From sequence record SRR20825019_48: a DNA stretch of 45,073 nt. One strand, written 5' to 3'. The notes beneath the pieces are model-generated. The model ran no database searches. It saw nothing but the letters and a program-made list of their open reading frames with translations, and was not told where the DNA came from. The first letter of the stretch is position 1; the number at the start of each line of letters is the position of its first letter. Both the position numbers and the translations under genes were made by a program. Positions 39,217-45,073 of the stretch are shown here, piece by piece.

Positions 39217-40029
39217 TCAGGCATCGTCTATATTTCCATAATTTACAATCCTTCGACCTCTCACAAATTCATTATCTTCGATTGATTCAATTTGTTTCAC
39301 TTTCGGCCCCAAGTCCTTCCAAAGTCTTTCATTCCATCTCGATAAGCTTCGATAAACAAACTCACTATTCGTTCCTACAGTCTTGAAGTAACAATTCATG
39401 ACGTTTATTTGATCTGAATTCCATAGATCAATCAGAATATACTCTCCATCAGCATCCTTTGAATCTATCTTAAGTATGTCGGCATGTGGGTTTTCGACAT
39501 TCTCCCAAATCTTATCTTGGATATTTTGGTAGTCGAATTCTCCTAAGTTTAGGATATTAACGATCTCTTGAAATTCCTCGCATTGAATTTTTTGATTTTC
39601 ATACATTCCAGCAGGATATGCGAATTGGTATTCAATTGTTTGCTTTGCAGACTCCAGGTCAGCACCATTTAAGAAAGGAATTGTTGGATTATTCTTATGC
39701 CAGTGTTCAACAACCTTCCATTTCTTGAACCTTTTACTAATTATTAACTGAATTTCTTCTCTTATAACTTTCACTCCAATCCAAAGTGGAACTTCATTTT
39801 TTACACTTATCAGAGTGTCCATAACTTGTGCAATGTCCAGTCTTTTATTGATAATCTTCGGTAGAATCCAAAAGTTGATTATTTCCTCTGTGTTACTAGA
39901 GAGCTTCTTTTCATCTGACTTGTCTATTTTGAGTACGTACGAGTATTTAGACAAGTCATTTTCGCACCCGTTTGAAATGAGATACTTCCTCAAATTTTCT
40001 TCTAATACTTTTCTATTTGACTTCTGCAT
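39217..40029 (-). CDS. Hypothetical protein, possibly two domains
   Basis: ATG 40029 avoids overlap with the upstream gene; 270 aa. Confidence 0.65.
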   Translation of the reverse strand: MQKSNRKVLEENLRKYLISNGCENDLSKYSYVLKIDKSDEKKLSSNTEEIINFWILPKIINKRLDIAQVMDTLISVKNEVPLWIGVKVIREEIQLIISKRFKKWKVVEHWHKNNPTIPFLNGADLESAKQTIEYQFAYPAGMYENQKIQCEEFQEIVNILNLGEFDYQNIQDKIWENVENPHADILKIDSKDADGEYILIDLWNSDQINVMNCYFKTVGTNSEFVYRSLSRWNERLWKDLGPKVKQIESIEDNEFVRGRRIVNYGNIDDA

Positions 40030-40063
40030 CCCCTTCCAAAAATATATTTTCGTCGGTTTTATC

Positions 40064-40576
40064 CTATTTCTCCCAAGTCCACAATCCCAATTCTTCGTAT
40101 GCCTCGTGTGTATTTTTGATCGCAGAATATTCATTTGTTTCCTGTGAACCTTCTAGATACTCCTGCAAAGACTCCAAGTCTTTCTCGATACACTCTTTAA
40201 GAATTACAAGCTCCTCTCTGCTAGAGTTATTGAATAAATCATCACGAATTAGAGCATCCTTCTGTCCCCATTTCTCGGCTTGTTCTTTTAAATGTTGTAA
40301 TTCTATGGGAATGTGTTTAGGATCTAATGACAACCTATCTTTTTTCTTTCTTATTTCAACATTTTGCTTTCTAATCTCTTGACGTTCTTTCTTGAGCTTT
40401 GTCTCACGTCTCTGATAAACAATAAGAAAACCGATCATGATCACGATCATAACCAGCGTATAAATTGGATTATCCCAAAAATTAAATTTTGCGACTTTCA
40501 AGGCAATAAAGACACCTATCCAAAAGGTAGCGCTTAGGATTATGAATAGTTTACTTCTCTTGTTTTTAGGTATCAT
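40064..40576 (-). CDS. Hypothetical membrane protein
   Basis: Two TM helices, a charged coiled segment, helical C-terminal domain LDPKHIP..AEKWG. Confidence 0.7.
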   Translation of the reverse strand: MIPKNKRSKLFIILSATFWIGVFIALKVAKFNFWDNPIYTLVMIVIMIGFLIVYQRRETKLKKERQEIRKQNVEIRKKKDRLSLDPKHIPIELQHLKEQAEKWGQKDALIRDDLFNNSSREELVILKECIEKDLESLQEYLEGSQETNEYSAIKNTHEAYEELGLWTWEK

Positions 40577-40619
40577 AAAAATCCATGTATCATTCTTTTT
40601 TGTTGCCCGTCGATTCTCT

Positions 40620-41177
40620 CTACCAAAACTTCCACCAAGGTTTGGCTTCTTGACGATTCGCAGGATTCGTTGCTATTTCTTCGGTTTGTGTTGCTGGTTG
40701 GAATGAATACCGTAAACACTTTGCCTCAAAATCAATATCATGGAAAGACTCACCTAGCGTTTTTTCAATAAGATGGTAAATGAGTTCAGACTTATCATCT
40801 TCTTCCTCTTCAAAATCAAAAGGATCGCCTTCGTCTTCCATAATTCCCTCATCCGTTTCCATAATCGATCGAAGTACCTGATCATTTTCGACGTAATTCA
40901 CACAATACATTCCCGTCATTTCCGATAGAACAAAAGAAAACGCACTTTGCTTTCCTGCGTAAAATTCAAAACCTCCGGTCTCCATGGATAAAAACACGAG
41001 TGTTCCTTTTTCAGAAAAATAGATATCACAGGAATTGTCTCCTTTCCAGTTTTCAAGCGCATCTTCGAGCTGGACATCTTCTTCAAAGAGTAATTTTTCT
41101 CCAAGGATGGATTCAAGTTCGGTAAGGTTGTTTTCGTAATTTTTATCAATTACGAGTCCAGCAATATTTAGTCCCAT
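40620..41177 (-). CDS. Acidic hypothetical protein with a C-terminal KPWWKFW motif
   Basis: 185-aa ORF, strongly acidic, ends AKPWWKFW. Confidence 0.75.
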   Translation of the reverse strand: MGLNIAGLVIDKNYENNLTELESILGEKLLFEEDVQLEDALENWKGDNSCDIYFSEKGTLVFLSMETGGFEFYAGKQSAFSFVLSEMTGMYCVNYVENDQVLRSIMETDEGIMEDEGDPFDFEEEEDDKSELIYHLIEKTLGESFHDIDFEAKCLRYSFQPATQTEEIATNPANRQEAKPWWKFW

Positions 41178-41213
41178 AGTTCTTTTTCAGTCCAACAAGT
41201 GGCTTTTGAATGG

Positions 41214-41639
41214 CTAAAATAATAACTCTTCGATATTAAACTTCTTCATTTTCATGAATGCGGCAATCACCTTTTCACTTTTCGTCGGATCACTCATTAG
41301 TTCACCTAAAATAGTTGGCACAACTTGCCAAGAAACTCCGAACTTGTCGCTACACCATCCGCACATTTTCTCTTCTCCGCCGTTTGCTGTGAGATGATTC
41401 CAATAATGATCGATTTCCTCTTGGTTCTCACACGAAATAACGAATGAAACTGAATCGTTAAATGTCGTAGGAGGTCTTTTCCCGTTTAACGCCATAAAAT
41501 GTGTTCCGTTTAACTCAAAATTCACAGCCATCGGTGACTCGTTGAGAATTTTTGAGTTTGGAAAAATAGCGCAGTAATAATCAGCTGCTTCTTTTGCTTG
41601 GTTTTCGAACCACAAGCATGTATAGATTTGTTTTGACAT
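41214..41639 (-). CDS. VOC family protein (PhnB-like)
   Basis: CLWF..AKEAADYY, QEEIDHYW, CGWCSDKFGVSWQ. Confidence 0.9.
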   Translation of the reverse strand: MSKQIYTCLWFENQAKEAADYYCAIFPNSKILNESPMAVNFELNGTHFMALNGKRPPTTFNDSVSFVISCENQEEIDHYWNHLTANGGEEKMCGWCSDKFGVSWQVVPTILGELMSDPTKSEKVIAAFMKMKKFNIEELLF

Positions 41640-41641
41640 GA

Positions 41642-42109
41642 CTAAATTTTAAATTTATCTGACTTACTATAAACTACAAATGTTTTAGAGACTTTATCAT
41701 GCCAACAAATATCATCTGTCAATACGAGAAGTGAGTGGAGAGGAACTAATCTACAGATATTACGAAATGCTATTTGCCACATGCTTGGTTTAGAACCATC
41801 TTCTCTGACAACGTGTGTTTTTAGATAAAACTTACCTGGGGTTCTACTAAAAATACTTTCAAATAAAAAAAAGAAAACAACATAGACGAGAAGGAACAAT
41901 AATTGCCGAAAAAACGCTCCTTCTTGAATCCTTCCAAACCAATATTCTATTAGGAAAACATAGGTCAAAAAAACAGGAAAAAGCACAACTAAATCAAGTA
42001 AGTGTCCTTTAATTCGATCGGCACTCGAAGCAATTATACTTCCGTCCTTTATTCTAGGAATTTTCGGGACTTTCCTTTCAGTGAAGCCTTCATCTAAAAT
42101 CTCTGACAT
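41642..42109 (-). CDS. RDD family protein
   Basis: R..LLD, RTPGK, RNICRLVP, WHDKVSKTFVV. Confidence 0.85.
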   Translation of the reverse strand: MSEILDEGFTERKVPKIPRIKDGSIIASSADRIKGHLLDLVVLFPVFLTYVFLIEYWFGRIQEGAFFRQLLFLLVYVVFFFLFESIFSRTPGKFYLKTHVVREDGSKPSMWQIAFRNICRLVPLHSLLVLTDDICWHDKVSKTFVVYSKSDKFKI

Positions 42110-42129
42110 CTCAACTGTATTTATAGATC

Positions 42130-43053
42130 TTACTCCTTAACAAAACGCTGACTATTTCCATTTACGCTCAACAAATATACTCCGCTATCAAGTCTACTTA
42201 TATCTATCGTTTGTGTTGAAACATTTGAAATCGCTAACTGCTTAACCATACGCTCCTGAGCATCAATAATCTCGATTTCGCCAGATGTTTCTTTGGAAAA
42301 CTGAACGGTTAAATTGTTCACGGATGGGTTCGGGAAACACGCGAACTCTGAATTTCCGACCTCTTCATTAATCCCGACGGTCATAACATCATTGTAATCA
42401 ACAATACCATTCCAAATATGGATGAAATTTACTATCCCACTTGGCGAATACTCCGCAGTTGTGGCTTGATCATCTTGAAAAAAATGAATTATTCGTTCTC
42501 CAAGAGAGAGCTCTGAAACAAAGTCATCATTCAAATCCACTCCAGATGATTCGAGCAATAATCCACCGCTTTCTACTAGGTAAAATTTTACAGAGTCGTC
42601 GGCAATGCTTCGTGTGATTAGGACAGTAATTAGGCTATCGGGAACAATTTCGACGGAACCATATCCTCCAATGCTGTACAAACGAAGATTTGAATTAACA
42701 TACGCACCTTGATCGCTTGCTCCATTTTTAAAATCCATCACCTTTCGGTAGCCGAACGTTTCCGAGAATGAAAACTGGATTGCAATAGAAAAATCCTCTT
42801 CTGTAAACAGCGCGTCTGGCAATTTAACAGATAAACCATTTTGCTGTCCAACTGTTGCCTCTGTCCAATTTAATCCTCCACTAATATACGAGGTACTCGC
42901 TGGAGAAACTGCCGTACAGATACCGTTCCCCAACTGATCTGTCAAGTTATTATTGAACTGAAATGAGCTGATTAGCGTTTGTGCACTTAATGTAAAATTG
43001 AACATTATACACAGTAACATGAACGTAATGACTTTAAGATATTGAACTTTCAT
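42130..43053 (-). CDS. T9SS type A sorting domain protein with a LamG/ConA-like domain
   Basis: Signal peptide, FQFNNNLTD start, CTD FPNP..LDSGVYLL..RFVKE. Confidence 0.85.
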   Translation of the reverse strand: MKVQYLKVITFMLLCIMFNFTLSAQTLISSFQFNNNLTDQLGNGICTAVSPASTSYISGGLNWTEATVGQQNGLSVKLPDALFTEEDFSIAIQFSFSETFGYRKVMDFKNGASDQGAYVNSNLRLYSIGGYGSVEIVPDSLITVLITRSIADDSVKFYLVESGGLLLESSGVDLNDDFVSELSLGERIIHFFQDDQATTAEYSPSGIVNFIHIWNGIVDYNDVMTVGINEEVGNSEFACFPNPSVNNLTVQFSKETSGEIEIIDAQERMVKQLAISNVSTQTIDISRLDSGVYLLSVNGNSQRFVKE

Positions 43054-43129
43054 CAGTGTTAAATTTGGCCTTTAAAAACCAAAAATACTACAATCGGTTA
43101 ACATCTGAGTTTACTACGGCGGTCTATTC

Positions 43130-43173
43130 AAAAAAATAGGAACGATGAAGCTAATTCTTCCACCGTTCCTATT
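43130..43173 (-). terminator. Intrinsic terminator
   Basis: AATAGGAACG/CGTTCCTATT stem plus a T-run on the minus strand. Confidence 0.75.
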
Positions 43174-43185
43174 ATTCTACCCCAT

Positions 43186-45072
43186 TTACTTTAATAAGGT
43201 CACATGTCCAACGAATACTTTAGAGTCTGCCGAGTCTTTCAGTCCAGCTTCAATTTTCCATGTAAATACGCCATCTTGAACGCGGTCTACATTTTTAAAC
43301 GATCCATCCCAACCATAATCCATGTCGTGCGATTCAAAAATTAAATCTCCCCATCGATTGAAGATGTATAATGTAAATTTATCCTCGTCGAAGCCATCCA
43401 TAACAGGCTTGAATAGTTCGTTTTTCCCATTTCCGTCCGGGGTAAATGTGTTCGGTACATAGATCGTGTAATCTTGTAATACATACACATACTTGACTTT
43501 CTGAGCGATACATCCATATTCTGTTTCACCCGTTAAAATCACCTCGTACGTTCCCGCTTGATCGTAAGGAAACTCGTGCACAGGTTCGAATAAATAACTG
43601 ATTGGTGAACCGTCCCCAAAATTCCAATTGTAACTCACTGCTCCTACACTCAAATTATCAAATCCAGTGGTTGAGCTTGAAGTCATCAATGAAGGCTTCA
43701 AAATCTTGAAATCGATATATGGAAGTGGATGAACGATCACTTTTACCACAGCTGAATCTTGACAACCGAATTGAGTGGTTCCGATCACAGTATAATCTCC
43801 AGTATACATTGGGAAGAATTCAACAGCGTTAATTACTCCATTATCCCAACTGTAATAATCGGCTCCATTTCCAGTAAGTGTAACACCTTCTTCTTGGCAA
43901 ATTTCTGCCCCATCGGCTCTCACGTCTGGTCTTGGATGAATCGTTATATAAACTGAATCGGATGCAGTACAACCAGTCGCAAAGAAATCATTCACGGTAT
44001 AGATCACCGTTCCAATTCCTTGTTGAAAAGCAACTCCATTTTGATAGCCGCCATTCCAATAAAGATTTGGAGAGCCAGTGGCTACTAAAGTCACCAATTC
44101 ATCTTCGCAAAGAGATTGATCTGCTCCGGCATCCACAATTGGGTTTGGATTCACAGTCACTAGAACTGCATCACCATTTTGACATCCATTTGCATCTGTT
44201 CCGGTCACATTGTAGGTATAACTGCCCACTGGAACTACAAAAGGAATTCCATTCGTAATACCGCCAGACCAGATATAAGATGTTGCACCAGATCCTGAGA
44301 GAGTGACGAATTCTTGATCACACACCACCACGTCTGGTCCTGCTGAAACGATTGGTAACGCATTCACAAAAACATCTACAGCGTCTGTATTCTGACAACC
44401 ATTCCCATCTGTTCCAATCACCGTATAAGTTGTTGTTCCGACAGGAGACTGAAAAGCAACTCCATCGATTCCTCCGTTGTCCCAAAGATAGGATGCAGCG
44501 CCAGCTCCTGATAATGTAACATACGTGTTTTCACACATTGTCTGATCTACTCCAGCATCCACAATAGGAAGCGCGTGGACTAGCACTGTGACTTGATCCG
44601 TATTAAAACATCCATTTCCGTCATTTCCAGTAACCGTGTAGGTAATTGTTCCAACAGCAGGCACAAACGGAACTCCGTCAATCACACCATTTGTCCATGC
44701 GTAGTTAACAGCACCGCTTCCTGATAAAGTAACAGCTACTCCTTCACAAACGGCTTGATCTGGACCAGCGTTCACATTAGGTAACTGATTCACGTTCACA
44801 TTCACTTGGTCGGTGTTGACGCAGCCATTTCCATCTGTTCCAGTCACTGTGTAAGTTGTTGTTCCAACGGATGGAACAAAAGGGATTCCATTCAATACAC
44901 CGAGGTTCCATACATAAGAAACTGCGCCAGAGCCAGTCAAAATAACTGAGTTCCCTTGACAAACAGTCTGATCTGGTCCTGCAACAACTCCTGGCAATGC
45001 GTTCACTGTGACAGCTACTACGTCTGTGTTTTGACAACCATTTGCATCCGTGCCCGTAACGGTGTAATTCGT
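43186..45072 (-). CDS. Large repetitive adhesin-like protein with PKD domain and T9SS type B CTD (5'-partial)
   Basis: About 71-aa repeats (AGPDQxVC..YTVTGTDxNGC), PKD WNFGDG, CTD PNTFTPDGNGKN..IFNRWG..WDG; frame open to the window edge. Confidence 0.92.
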   Translation of the reverse strand, partial: TNYTVTGTDANGCQNTDVVAVTVNALPGVVAGPDQTVCQGNSVILTGSGAVSYVWNLGVLNGIPFVPSVGTTTYTVTGTDGNGCVNTDQVNVNVNQLPNVNAGPDQAVCEGVAVTLSGSGAVNYAWTNGVIDGVPFVPAVGTITYTVTGNDGNGCFNTDQVTVLVHALPIVDAGVDQTMCENTYVTLSGAGAASYLWDNGGIDGVAFQSPVGTTTYTVIGTDGNGCQNTDAVDVFVNALPIVSAGPDVVVCDQEFVTLSGSGATSYIWSGGITNGIPFVVPVGSYTYNVTGTDANGCQNGDAVLVTVNPNPIVDAGADQSLCEDELVTLVATGSPNLYWNGGYQNGVAFQQGIGTVIYTVNDFFATGCTASDSVYITIHPRPDVRADGAEICQEEGVTLTGNGADYYSWDNGVINAVEFFPMYTGDYTVIGTTQFGCQDSAVVKVIVHPLPYIDFKILKPSLMTSSSTTGFDNLSVGAVSYNWNFGDGSPISYLFEPVHEFPYDQAGTYEVILTGETEYGCIAQKVKYVYVLQDYTIYVPNTFTPDGNGKNELFKPVMDGFDEDKFTLYIFNRWGDLIFESHDMDYGWDGSFKNVDRVQDGVFTWKIEAGLKDSADSKVFVGHVTLLK

Positions 45073-45073
45073 T

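Noticed and set aside
38956-39386. Plus-strand hydrophobic ORFs of 75 and 63 aa
   Set aside because: Antisense shadows of A-rich minus-strand coding or remnant sequence.
43740-45073. ~213-bp tandem DNA repeats
   Set aside because: Fully explained by the protein domain repeats of the T9SS type B adhesin.

Overview
Chromosomal segment of a Bacteroidota bacterium, most likely Flavobacteriales. The assignment is inferred from T9SS C-terminal sorting domains, TAnnTTTG -7 promoter elements and gene order. The backbone is housekeeping: djlA-like/htpG, SDR, NUDIX/pyrE, birA/rsfS-ftsH-cdsA-psd, xth, mutS2-like, lptG-like/tgt, GT2-ECF sigma-rsmG, an RND efflux operon, and DoxX-MarR-nitroreductase. Two accessory stretches interrupt it: about 12.8-19.2 kb (secreted proteins, LRR protein, ParDE) and about 38.2-43 kb (small orphan genes). 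The most notable signal is at 18.07-19.23 kb: attC-like hairpins, a decayed ORF and an exact 28-bp direct repeat bracket ParDE and the LRR gene, suggesting an integrase-less gene-cassette array. Other signals are a sigma54-type promoter with TGACA/TGTCA boxes upstream of htpG, a DnaA-box cluster upstream of an uncharacterised gene, REP-like palindromes, a subtilase with Glu in place of the catalytic Asp, a Smr-less MutS2, and an RND permease with an extra TM hairpin. No rRNA, complete tRNA, CRISPR array, integrase or transposase was seen. All calls are by eye; no searches were run.
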